Below are positions 41,105 through 50,518 of a DNA stretch of 64,000 nt, piece by piece. The translations under genes were made by a program, and so were the position numbers. The number at the start of each line of letters is the position of its first letter. Within the stretch, counting starts at the first letter, position 1. The notes beneath the pieces are model-generated. The model was not told the DNA's origin. It saw only the letters and a list, made by a program, of their open reading frames with translations, and ran no database searches. This stretch comes from an uncultured Spirochaetota bacterium (lineage in GTDB: Bacteria > Spirochaetota > UBA4802 > UBA5550), in NCBI GenBank assembly GCA_963827275.1, contig CAWHAA010000008.1:288001-352000 (forward strand). Direction: 5' to 3'.

Positions 41105-41757
41105 TTGCCTTCTCCTTTTTGCTCGATGATTCCGTCCGCCAGTTCGTTGCCGGGTTTCGCCAGGGGCCCGGGGCCGCCCCGCAGCAGCTCGGCTTCCAGC
41201 GCCGCGAAGCCGTGAACAAGGGCCTGGAAACGGTCTCCCCTGCGGAGATACGGCGCCATCTCCCGTATGACCGCCCCCAGTGCCCCGCGGCCGAGTCGGG
41301 GTGCGGCGCCGGTGTCCGGCAGGATGACCACCCTGCGCTCGAAGAGGCTCACCAAAAGCAGGATGCCTGAGCGTGACCCGGTACGGAACAGCTCCCGCTC
41401 GAGGAAAAAGGCCCGTGCGTACTGGTCGATCTCGGTCTCGGCGCGCGCCCGGTCGAGGAAGAGACGGCCGAAGGCCGGCCAGAACACCGCAAGCAGGGCC
41501 GCCGCCGCGCCCGCGCCGAAGATGCACACCAGCCACTGCGGCGCGCTCCAGCCAGCAACGGGGCCGGGAACTGCGACGGCCAGGGCCACCAGCGCCAGGC
41601 AGGAGACGGCGGCGGACATGGCGAAGGCCTTCCACGGAATTTCCGGGTAGCTGTCGCATTTGCCGACCACTGCCGCCACCAGCTCCGTGCCGGTGCGCTG
41701 CTCGGTTTTTTTGATGAGCTCGTTCAGCTGAGTAGTCTGATCATTGTTGAAGTACAT
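41101..41757 (-). CDS. Second TPM-domain membrane protein
   Basis: EQRTGTELV, RSGILLLVSLFERRVVILPD.G, NELAD; 4-bp overlap with the partner gene. Confidence 0.85.
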   Translation of the reverse strand: MYFNNDQTTQLNELIKKTEQRTGTELVAAVVGKCDSYPEIPWKAFAMSAAVSCLALVALAVAVPGPVAGWSAPQWLVCIFGAGAAAALLAVFWPAFGRLFLDRARAETEIDQYARAFFLERELFRTGSRSGILLLVSLFERRVVILPDTGAAPRLGRGALGAVIREMAPYLRRGDRFQALVHGFAALEAELLRGGPGPLAKPGNELADGIIEQKGEGK

Positions 41758-41848
41758 GGCTTTTACCCCTGTTGCTTTACACTGCATCCTCCGGAATAAT
41801 TATCAAGGAATATTTATTCCTCGCATGAGGGTTGTGTGCCGCTGTCCC

Positions 41849-42787
41849 TTAATGTATCCCCGGGCCCTGCCTGCCGGGATCGCCCGGTTGCGGGGAGGTG
41901 TCCTGCTTCTTCCCGTCAATGATGAGCGCAAGGTCGTTCCTGTCAAAATGATAGCGTTTTGCGCAAAAGGTGCAGGTGACTTCCGCGCCGCCGTCCTTGT
42001 CGATCATATCCTGGAGGTCTTCGCGATGGAGACTGGCAAGCATGGAACGGATCGTCCTCGGGTCGCACCGGCAGGAGGCCCGCAGCGGACGGGAATCCAG
42101 CAGGGTCACCGCTTCGTTGTCGAAAAGGAACTTCAGAATATCCAGTATGTCGACACCCTCCTTCAGGCTTTCGCCGAGTGATCTGCTCATGGAGGAGATG
42201 TTCTCCTCGACCCTGGCGATGGCATGCTCCGGGGTGTCCGGAAAAGTCTGTATGAGGATTCCCCCGGAGGAGGTAATGGCGCCTTCCTGCGAAAGGGTCA
42301 GGCCGATGATGACCGCGGAAGGTATCTGCTCGGAAACCGTAAGATAATAGGCGACGTCGCCGGCGACTTCTCCGGTCTGGAGGGGGATAACGCTGGTGTA
42401 GGGCTCTTTCATGCCGATGTCTTTACGCACGGTGAGGAACCCGGCGCCGATACTCCTGGAAAAGCTGAGCGCTCCTATGTCGTCGGTGAGGTCAGGCTGC
42501 GGGTTGGCCACATAACCCCTGATGTTGCCGCGGGCGTCAGCCTGCGCGTGGATCTCCCTGACAGGGCCGGTCCCCTCGATTTTGACCAGCAGGCTCTGGG
42601 CCGAGTCGGGCTTGAGCGTGGCGCTCAGCAAGGCCGCGGCCGTAATGGTCCTGCCCAGGGCGAGCGTGGCGTTGGGGGTGGTTTCGTGCAGGGAGGTGAT
42701 CTCCCTCGCGATATCCATCGAGGTCACGGTGTAGGCCCTCAAATTCAAGGGCCTGCAGATCAGTCTTGTCAGGCGGTCATTGCCCAT
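41849..42787 (-). CDS. hslO: Hsp33 redox-regulated chaperone
   Basis: ALGR..TAA.L, YLTVSEQIPS, GGILIQ, CRC...CTFC zinc motif. Confidence 0.95.
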   Translation of the reverse strand: MGNDRLTRLICRPLNLRAYTVTSMDIAREITSLHETTPNATLALGRTITAAALLSATLKPDSAQSLLVKIEGTGPVREIHAQADARGNIRGYVANPQPDLTDDIGALSFSRSIGAGFLTVRKDIGMKEPYTSVIPLQTGEVAGDVAYYLTVSEQIPSAVIIGLTLSQEGAITSSGGILIQTFPDTPEHAIARVEENISSMSRSLGESLKEGVDILDILKFLFDNEAVTLLDSRPLRASCRCDPRTIRSMLASLHREDLQDMIDKDGGAEVTCTFCAKRYHFDRNDLALIIDGKKQDTSPQPGDPGRQGPGIH

Positions 42788-42988
42788 GGCGCTTTTTGTC
42801 CTTGTGCGCGGGATGGCATCATGCGTGCACGGGTCATAGTATTTTTCCGTGATGCCGTATCGTCAAGGAATTTGTGGAGTTTACCTGGCAGGGGGAGGAA
42901 TTAATATATCAATAAGATACAATGAGCACGCACCGCAGAACGGATCTTCCGGATGTGTCGGCCGGGGCGGCGGGCGGAACGGTCAACA

Positions 42989-43017
42989 GGGAGGAGTGCC
43001 GCATCGGCACTCCTCCC
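42989..43017 (-). terminator. 13-bp hairpin downstream of the histone-like gene
   Basis: GGGAGGAGTGCCG-cat-CGGCACTCCTCCC. Confidence 0.65.
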
Positions 43018-43030
43018 GCTATTGCAATTA

Positions 43031-43300
43031 TTATCTGCGGCCATCCATTTTTCTCATGCGCTCAAGGATGAGATCGGTCATCGGGGTTGTCGATACCTTT
43101 GTTTTTGCTGCTGCAGTTTTAACACGGGCCGGTTTGCGCGCGTTCTTCGCACGGGTGGTTTTTTTCGCGACTTTTTTCTTCACAATTTTTTTCGTAGCTT
43201 TTTTAACTTTCTTTAACGCCGGTTTTGGTTTTTTCACGGTTGATTTTTTCTTTTTTGCTGCCTTTTTTACAGATTTTTTAACCGATTTTGCTTTTTTCAT
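43031..43300 (-). CDS. Small histone-H1-like Lys/Ala-rich protein
   Basis: GGGAG RBS; MKKAKSVKKSVKKAAKKKK...; own downstream hairpin. Confidence 0.75.
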   Translation of the reverse strand: MKKAKSVKKSVKKAAKKKKSTVKKPKPALKKVKKATKKIVKKKVAKKTTRAKNARKPARVKTAAAKTKVSTTPMTDLILERMRKMDGRR

Positions 43301-43330
43301 CGTGACGCTCCCATTGTATAATGTAATCTA

Positions 43331-43500
43331 GGAATCTCATCCTCATCCTGCGCAGTTCCACGGGACGTAACGGACCATACCTGTGCCTGTCCCGGGTCTT
43401 GTACTACACCCTGTAACACGTTACAGGCAATGGACAGGTTCGTTCGTTTTATCGTGCGGGGCAGTTATTGAGAATAATCGTAATGAAACGCATAGATTCC
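43331..43500 (+). ncRNA. Candidate structured RNA (rod-like), or structured leader of the histone-like gene on the other strand
   Basis: TATAAT at 43317; nested stems GGAATCT/AGATTCC, CCTGCGC/GTGCGGG, AACGGACC/GGTTCGTT, CCTGTCC/GGACAGG, CCTGTAAC/GTTACAGG. Confidence 0.4.
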
Positions 43501-43751
43501 CCACCCGGTGAATGTATAAAGAGTGTGACGATTAATAGCAAGAAAAAACCGGGTGTCAGATTGTAAAAAATGTAAAAAATCGCATAACGGCACGCCACCG
43601 GAAAGGAATTTCGTCAGGCACGGACCGAAGGGGGAGGCGCGGGCAGCGGGTCGGTCATTGGCGGATAGTACACCAGATCATTCAAAATAACATGAATAAA
43701 AGATAAAATAAAGTACGGATTATGCCGGTTTTTAAGGCAGCATTGCCATCG

Positions 43752-45515
43752 TTATATAATCAGCTGGCCGGGCCTGAGGGAACCATCAGTTTTTCCCCTG
43801 TCCACTACCTGCCTCCCGTTGATGAACACTGCCTCGATCCCGCCGGGCGCCGCATCGGTCTTCCTGTCGGTGTTGTTGTCCCTGACTGATTTCCAGTCGA
43901 ATACGGTGATGTCAGCGGCATAGCCTTCCCTGAGAAACCCCCGGTTCTTGATGCCAAACCGCTCCGCCGAGGCGCCGGTCATCTTGCGCACGGCCTCCTC
44001 GAGGCTGATGGTCCGGAAATCGCGGGCATATTGTAAAAACCGCGGGAAGCAGCCGAAGGCGCCCGGGTTCTGGACTCCCTCGGGGATCACCCATGCATCG
44101 GTCATGAAGAGCGATGCCGGGTGGCGCATCAGATCCTTCACGTTATCGAGGCTGCTGTACCGGTGGTTGAGCACCCCCGCTTTTCCCTCGGTCTGTTTTG
44201 CCAGGTCGATGAAATTTTCGAACTGGTCCATATTCCGTTCTCTCGCGATATCCATGAGGAACATGCCGTTGTATTTATCCAGGTCGGGCCTGCCGGCGTT
44301 GGTGATCTGGATGTCTTCATAACCGAAGCCGAGGAGCCACTTGATGACCATGAACTCCATCTTCAGCCTCCTGAGGGCGGACCGGTCATCGTACACCGAC
44401 GGCACGCGCGCCAGGAACCATGCCGGCAGGACCACGCTGATGACGGAGGTGCCGCAGTGGTACGCGTAGGTGTCAAACTTGACGTCAACACCGTCGCGGA
44501 TTGCTGTATCGATCAGTTCCAGCGCGTCGCTGCAGGTGTCCCAGGTATCGGTACCGACAAAGATCAGGTGCGACACCTGGAGGCGCACTCCCGTTTCACG
44601 GGCGATTGCCAGCATCTCCTTGAGGGCCAGGAGATTGTGCGCTTTCCCGAAGGGAACCAGCGGATACGTGGGGGAGAGCGAGGAATACGCCTTCAGGTGG
44701 ACCGTCAGGACCCTGTCGCGCTTTTTAACCAGCCGCGCCACCTGCTTCAGCTCATCATCGGTGGCGAATATGCCCGGCTCGTACTGGAGGCCCAGTGACA
44801 CGCCGTGGCAGCCCTGCTCCATCGATTCGTCAAGGAGCGCGAGCAGCCTTTTCATCTCGCCGCCGTCCATTGGAGTGGGCCGGTACGCGCGGATCGACAT
44901 GCGCGAGGTGCCGTGGCCTGCGAGGTTCGCGATGTTGTGGGTGATGCCCTGGCGGCGGACCAGCGCGAAGTACTCTTCCATGGAGTCCCACGGAAGGTGC
45001 GGGTTGCCCATGAATTTTCCGGCCTTGTTCTCTATGAAGCTTTTATGCGGGGAATTTTTTTCGAACCCGGCGATGCCGAACCCGCAATTGCCGGTGACAA
45101 AAGTGGTGATCCCCTGGGCCGTGAAGGGGGTGGTGAATTTTGAATGGTCTCGCCGCGTGACCGCCCAGTCGTTGTGGGAATGCATGTCAATGAAGCCGGG
45201 AGCGATCACCTTTCCCGCGCAGTCGATGGTCCGCCCGTTGAAGGAGAGGTCGTTTGCGGTGACGGCCTCAATCCTGCTCCCGTTGATCAGCACATCGCCG
45301 GTAAAGGCTTTCTTTCCGGTGCCGTCAACGATCAGCCCCTTTTTCAGGAGGACGCGGCCTGCCGGGCTTCCCGTAACGGCGACTTTTTGCGGTGCGGCGG
45401 ATTTTTCCGGCGGGGTCGCGGCCGTCGTGTCTCCCTTTTTACATCCGATGAGCGGGTAGAGCGACAGCGCTGTCCCGAGGGAGGCGGCACGAACGATGAA
45501 ATTTTTCCTGGTCAT
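43752..45515 (-). CDS. Amidohydrolase, N-acyl-D-amino-acid deacylase family, with Tat-like lipoprotein signal
   Basis: APGFIDMHSH, QGITT..GNCG, SLEEAVRKMT, RG.LREGYAADITVFD; N-terminal TRKNF...LIGC. Confidence 0.9.
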   Translation of the reverse strand: MTRKNFIVRAASLGTALSLYPLIGCKKGDTTAATPPEKSAAPQKVAVTGSPAGRVLLKKGLIVDGTGKKAFTGDVLINGSRIEAVTANDLSFNGRTIDCAGKVIAPGFIDMHSHNDWAVTRRDHSKFTTPFTAQGITTFVTGNCGFGIAGFEKNSPHKSFIENKAGKFMGNPHLPWDSMEEYFALVRRQGITHNIANLAGHGTSRMSIRAYRPTPMDGGEMKRLLALLDESMEQGCHGVSLGLQYEPGIFATDDELKQVARLVKKRDRVLTVHLKAYSSLSPTYPLVPFGKAHNLLALKEMLAIARETGVRLQVSHLIFVGTDTWDTCSDALELIDTAIRDGVDVKFDTYAYHCGTSVISVVLPAWFLARVPSVYDDRSALRRLKMEFMVIKWLLGFGYEDIQITNAGRPDLDKYNGMFLMDIARERNMDQFENFIDLAKQTEGKAGVLNHRYSSLDNVKDLMRHPASLFMTDAWVIPEGVQNPGAFGCFPRFLQYARDFRTISLEEAVRKMTGASAERFGIKNRGFLREGYAADITVFDWKSVRDNNTDRKTDAAPGGIEAVFINGRQVVDRGKTDGSLRPGQLII

Positions 45516-45650
45516 GCCGGTACCGCCGTTTTTTTCTTTCCGTTTCATCGTAGGTCCTCCTCCGTTAATTTTGATTATCGGGGAATGCTCGGTTGTTGCG
45601 CCGTCTGATCACGGCAAACAAACAGTTTTTTTACACGATATGATATAAGG

Positions 45651-45684
45651 TCCCTCACGGCCCGGGAAACAGGGCCGTGAGGGA
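45651..45684. terminator. 13-bp hairpin downstream of the 45691-46065 gene
   Basis: TCCCTCACGGCCC-N8-GGGCCGTGAGGGA. Confidence 0.55.
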
Positions 45685-45690
45685 AGCAGG

Positions 45691-46065
45691 TCACCTGTTC
45701 TTTATGGAAACAAGAGTGTACACGTCACCCTTTTTCTTGACAACGACTTCAACATCGAGACGGCTCTCTTTCTTTTTCAGAAATTGCCCGATTTTTTTGC
45801 TGCTTGCCGCATCAAAGCGGATGAGGGCCCCGTAGTGATACAGGGAATATCCGCTTGCCGCGCATTTCGGCATCAGGGCGCACTCCCTGGTGTGCGTTTT
45901 TATGAATTCGTCCAGTGTCGCCTTGTGCGCCTCTGCGCAGAGATTGTCCACGATGGTCCCGGTAAGGGATGCCGTGTCTGCGTTCATCCCCTTGTGGGGG
46001 TCCGCCGCCATGGCGCCCGTCGCCATTAATGCTACTGTCATTATTACGATATATAGATGTTTCAT
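45691..46065 (-). CDS. Small exported protein with Cys/His cluster
   Basis: AGGAG RBS, signal peptide, LTGTIVDNLC...HTRECALMPKCAASGY. Confidence 0.75.
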   Translation of the reverse strand: MKHLYIVIMTVALMATGAMAADPHKGMNADTASLTGTIVDNLCAEAHKATLDEFIKTHTRECALMPKCAASGYSLYHYGALIRFDAASSKKIGQFLKKKESRLDVEVVVKKKGDVYTLVSIKNR

Positions 46066-46170
46066 GATGGAGCTCCTGTATTTTAAGATTATAATAAAAT
46101 AATAAAATATCCGCACCCGGTCAAGTAATTCAAGAATTAATAATCGGCCTGTCGGTCAATGATGCACCTC

Positions 46171-46910
46171 TTACCCGGGCGGAAGATACTCCTTGTGCAC
46201 GTTCGACATCGCAGCAAAGAGGTTTTTTTTCGCTTTACCGTTCATCTTCGTCAGTTCGGCGACAAGGCGCTTCATGTCAGCGCGTCGTGTTGTATCGCCG
46301 TAGCGGCAGCGCGATTTCTCAACCGGAAACCCGCGGATGCGCGCGTACTGCTCAGCATCTCCTTTTCCTGAAGAGGTATGAGCGGCCGGATGATATCAAA
46401 CTCACCGCCGAACATGGCAAGCTTCGGCGGCATGGAGCTGATGGATCCGTTGAAGGTCATGTTGAGGAAGAGGGTTTCCAGCGCATCGTCCATGTGGTGG
46501 CCAAGGGCCAGCCGGTTGCAGCCGAGCTCCTTGACGGAGCGGAACAGCTCCTTGCGCCGGTGCCATGCGCACACGAAGCAGACGGTCTTTTTCGGGTCGC
46601 GGGCCAGGTCCACCTCGATCGTGCGCAGGTGGAAGGCAATGTCCAGCTCCCTGCAAAATCCTTCATAATATTCGCGGTCAAGCTCCGGGGTGATGCCTGT
46701 CACGCTGATGTGAATGGCGTGCAGGTCATAGTGGATCGGGATCCACCTGCGCCTGAGGGCCAGCGCCTCGAGGAGGACGATGGAGTCCTTGCCGCCGGAC
46801 ACACCCACGGCGATCCGGTCGCCCGCGCCTATCAGGCCGTACCGGTTTATCGCGCGGCCTGCCGTTTTTTGTACCTGCAAAAGGTAGTTCGATTCACTGG
46901 TGCGCTTCAT
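46171..46910 (-). CDS. ttcA: tRNA 2-thiocytidine biosynthesis TtcA-family protein (frameshift near 46350)
   Basis: PP-loop SGGKDS, CFVCAWHRR, LGHHMDD, IIRPL; C-terminus continues in another frame to EYLPPG*. Confidence 0.85.
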
Positions 46911-47148
46911 TTGGAATGCCCCGCCGGGGCGCGGCAGGAGTGCGTCCCGTCCCTGGTCCGGTGCCCGGCGCCGTATAGTGTGCTCATAACGGCACACCGG
47001 GATCCTGCACTCCGTAAAAAAATATGTCAAGCACTATGCGCCGCAACCGCTCTGCGGGAAGTGCCCGGAATAAAAAGTAATTGCGCAGATTGTGTCTTTG
47101 GTGCAAACTTGTCTCAATACCATAGATTCAGATACGAGGGTGGAGCGG

Positions 47149-47508
47149 ATGGCAAAGGGATTGATTGTCGATGATTCGAAGTTCATGAGAAAAATCCTCC
47201 GCGAATCGATCGAAAGCGGCGGTCATTCGGTTGTTGACGAGGCCGAGAACGGCGCTGACGGCGTTGAAAAATACAAGTCGTACACGCCTGATTTCGTCAC
47301 CATGGATATAACCATGGGCGGCGTGGACGGCATGATGGCGGTCAGGGCCATCAACGAATACGATCCCGGAGCGAAGATCATAATCATATCCGCGCTCAAC
47401 GAGAAAACGATCAAGATGAATGACAATGGCATCAGGGCCTCGGCCTATCTCCAGAAGCCCTTTGAACGCGAGCAGCTCCTTTCAGTAATCGCCGGCATAC
47501 TCGGCTGA
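47149..47508 (+). CDS. Single-domain response regulator (CheY-like)
   Basis: LIVDDS, MDITM, ISA, QKPF. Confidence 0.9.
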   Translation: MAKGLIVDDSKFMRKILRESIESGGHSVVDEAENGADGVEKYKSYTPDFVTMDITMGGVDGMMAVRAINEYDPGAKIIIISALNEKTIKMNDNGIRASAYLQKPFEREQLLSVIAGILG

Positions 47509-47535
47509 CCTTCCTGGAGTTCCGGCGGCGGTACC

Positions 47536-48597
47536 ATGGGCGGAAGCTACATAAAACTCTACGGGACATCGGATAGGGCGGATTCGGCGTTCCTGCTCGC
47601 CGAGGGGTCCGTGTATTTTTACGCCTCCAACGTGGACAAGTACGCCATCTCCGGAAAGAACCTGCTCGTCGGCGCGACGGAGATCATCCTGAACCGCATG
47701 CTCGGGAACACCACGGGCCGCATCGAAACCGCGGCGGCGGCCGCCGGGAGCGCGGTCAAAAAAATACCCGCGGACAGGTTTATCGAAGGCCTGGGGACCT
47801 ACTCGTTCGCCCTGAACGTGTCCATGGTGCTGGCGAAGCAGGTCGCGCTGACCGGCAGGATATTACAGAAGAACATGAGCGACCTTGAGAGCGAGGAAAA
47901 AAAGGTCCGTGAGAATGCCCTGGCCTACTATGCCGTCATGAACCGCCTGCACCAGGAATATGAACAGAGAAAACTCCCCTGGATACGGGACCTGCTCGAT
48001 GAATTCAAGGAAAACCTTACCTGCAAAAGGGGCGAGGCCCTGTTCAAGTCGATCGAGCCGGCCCATGTCAGCCCGGCGTCGGCGATCTCCGAACGGGACG
48101 CTGAATATCAGCGGGGCGCTGTCATATGCCAGGAGAACGAGCCCGGAGACGAAATGTATATTCTGAAGAGCGGCTCGGTCGATGTATTCGTGGGAGGCAG
48201 CCGCATCAACACCATCGATGAGCCGGGCACGGTGATCGGCGAGTCATCGCTGCTCCTCGGTGCGCCGCGCGCCGCTACCCTGAAGGCAAAAAACACGGTA
48301 ATCATCACCAGGATCGGGAAGGAGGACCTGAAGGAGTTTGCGGAACAGCAGGAAGATTTTTTTCCGGGCATCGTGGCATCGCTCGCCGGCAGGCATTACA
48401 GCAACGTGAGCAGGATAGAAGAGGTGAACCGTTCCCTCATAGGGAAAACCCTTGACAGTGAAACATCGAGGCTGGACAAAAACGCGGCGGTTGCGCGGCG
48501 CACGCAGCGCGACCTTGGCATGCTCCGGAACAGGGTAGAGGACGTGATTCGCGAAAAGAAGGCGGATTTCCTGAGCGACCTTGTGGCCGGGGCCTGA
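47536..48597 (+). CDS. Cyclic-nucleotide-binding domain protein
   Basis: ICQENEPGDEMYILKSGSVDV, IGESSLL.GAPRAATLKA; the N-terminus resembles a degenerate second cNMP domain. Confidence 0.8.
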   Translation: MGGSYIKLYGTSDRADSAFLLAEGSVYFYASNVDKYAISGKNLLVGATEIILNRMLGNTTGRIETAAAAAGSAVKKIPADRFIEGLGTYSFALNVSMVLAKQVALTGRILQKNMSDLESEEKKVRENALAYYAVMNRLHQEYEQRKLPWIRDLLDEFKENLTCKRGEALFKSIEPAHVSPASAISERDAEYQRGAVICQENEPGDEMYILKSGSVDVFVGGSRINTIDEPGTVIGESSLLLGAPRAATLKAKNTVIITRIGKEDLKEFAEQQEDFFPGIVASLAGRHYSNVSRIEEVNRSLIGKTLDSETSRLDKNAAVARRTQRDLGMLRNRVEDVIREKKADFLSDLVAGA

Positions 48598-48613
48598 TAG
48601 ATGCCCGGCGGCA

Positions 48614-49123
48614 TCACCAGTTCAGGGTTTTCAGCCAGCTCATCTCCGCTTTCAGGTGGTGCTCCAGGTAGGTGAAGATCTCGTGGTATGACTGCTCGCC
48701 CGAGCGGTTGGTGTCTCCGTCAATCTTCTTTTTAATCGAATCCAGCTTTTCCTTCAGTATGGCCATGCGCTGGTCGATGAATTGCTTCTTCTGGTCGTCG
48801 GTGAGATAATTGATGAACATCAGCACGATGTCGATATCGAAATGGATCATGGTTTTATCGTAATACTGCTTGAGCAGCTTTTTGTAATGCTTTTTCCCAT
48901 TGGGCAGAATCTCGTAAATATAGCGCTCGGGATTGCCGCTGTCCTTTTCCGTGCCGACCCGCTTCACCCAGCCGTTGTCAACCGCTTTCTTTATGGCATA
49001 GTAGATGGAGCCGAACTTGATGTCCACGTAGTCTTCCAGCCGCTCAACGATTTTTTTCTTTATCTCGTAGCCGTACAGGTTCTCTTCCATTAAAAGACCC
49101 AGGATGGTTATTTCGATCTTCAT
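48614..49123 (-). CDS. PadR-family transcriptional regulator
   Basis: ILGLL...YGYEIKK, GSIYYA, NPERYIYEILPNG; GGAGG RBS. Confidence 0.9.
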   Translation of the reverse strand: MKIEITILGLLMEENLYGYEIKKKIVERLEDYVDIKFGSIYYAIKKAVDNGWVKRVGTEKDSGNPERYIYEILPNGKKHYKKLLKQYYDKTMIHFDIDIVLMFINYLTDDQKKQFIDQRMAILKEKLDSIKKKIDGDTNRSGEQSYHEIFTYLEHHLKAEMSWLKTLNW

Positions 49124-49555
49124 GGTCTCCTCCACCAGAAAACATGCTCGCGGCAACGGGTCCTCCCGCTGCCGATTCATGGATATCAGCGTGGCGCAAG
49201 AACGTGTCTGCCGATCCATGCTTGTATCAACACGATGACGAATGGTTGCTTTTTTAAGGCAGGGTAATAGTCTAAAATAGGGCGGTGCTAAAATCAATAT
49301 TAATATTTATATATCAAAAAAAAATGAATATTTTTTGGTATATTAATATATAAATTATAACTATTTTTCGAATTATTTGATATAAAACGACGGGTTATTT
49401 CATTGCGGCACGCCATGAGGACCCTGGAAGGCGCGTTGATGAACATTATGTCTCAAATAATGGTTGATTTGTCGCCATGGCGGATAAAATGTATCTTGTA
49501 ATTAATCAAAAATTTAACCTCTCCTTGAGATAAGGGTGCGGCGGAGTGGGCGCGG

Positions 49556-50161
49556 ATGACTGACATGGTGAAAACGAAAAAGAGGCTTACTGCCGGCGAG
49601 GCGGTGCGCCTGATCGCGCTGGGCGATTCCCTGACCCAGGGCTGGATGGTGCGCAAGGGATACCTTGAGTTCCTCGCCGAGATGATCGGGGAAAAATATC
49701 CTTCAGCCGACGTTACGATCATCAACAGGGGCGTGCCCGGTGATACGGCCGAGGGAGGGCTGTTCCGCCTTCGCGACGAGGTGCTTGATTGCGATCCGGA
49801 CGCGGTCTTTATTCAGTTTGCCCTGAATGACGCTTTCACCGGCGTGACCCCGGCGCGTTTCAAAAACACCATCAGGGCGATCGTGGAAAAGGTCAGGAGC
49901 GATACCGACGCGGAGATTCTACTGGTGACCTCGGTGCCCATCGTCACGCACCCTGCCGAGGACAAAATGACCGGGCGGTTTTATGACGCCCTCGCAGACA
50001 TTGCCGGGGAGGAAGGGTGCGCCATCGCCCCGGTGCACCGGTACTGGAAAAAGAAAATCGCCGACGGTGTCGATTTCAGCGGCCTGGTGCAGGCCGACGA
50101 GGTGCATCCCACCGTGGAAGGATACCGCCTGATGGCGGAGGCGATCATGGAGGCGCTGTAA
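49556..50161 (+). CDS. SGNH/GDSL hydrolase
   Basis: LGDSLT, NRGVPG, FALND, DEVHP. Confidence 0.9.
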   Translation: MTDMVKTKKRLTAGEAVRLIALGDSLTQGWMVRKGYLEFLAEMIGEKYPSADVTIINRGVPGDTAEGGLFRLRDEVLDCDPDAVFIQFALNDAFTGVTPARFKNTIRAIVEKVRSDTDAEILLVTSVPIVTHPAEDKMTGRFYDALADIAGEEGCAIAPVHRYWKKKIADGVDFSGLVQADEVHPTVEGYRLMAEAIMEAL

Positions 50162-50167
50162 TCAATC

Positions 50168-50503
50168 ATGGCGGATTACCGGAAAGAGATGAAAAAGCTC
50201 AGGAAGCACCGGCGGCTGTACCGTCCCGCCATGTCGAGGGTGCTTGACCTGTACAACAGGGTAACGCCTTCCGATCTCCCGATAGAACTGATCGATGACA
50301 GGGACATACTTACGATACTTGAGCTGATCGATGTGGGGTACCTCGACGAAGAAGCGCTGGTAGCGAAACATCGCTTCGGCAGCGTCACGGGGCTCCGCTA
50401 CAACGGGGCGTATCCCTTCACGGAAGAGGGTACGGCCTTCTACCGCGCGCACCGGACGTTCATCAGCACGATTCTCGACACGCTACGGGGCAGGCAGGCG
50501 TGA
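50168..50503 (+). CDS. Hypothetical protein
   Basis: 111-aa ORF tightly packed between the GDSL gene and aat. Confidence 0.65.
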   Translation: MADYRKEMKKLRKHRRLYRPAMSRVLDLYNRVTPSDLPIELIDDRDILTILELIDVGYLDEEALVAKHRFGSVTGLRYNGAYPFTEEGTAFYRAHRTFISTILDTLRGRQA

Positions 50504-50518
50504 TCCTGCGACAGCGGT

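Noticed and set aside
43410..43427. LexA SOS box
   Set aside because: CTGT-N8-ACAG is the gamma/betaproteobacterial box, the host looks spirochaetal, and no repair gene is adjacent. Kept only as part of the RNA candidate.
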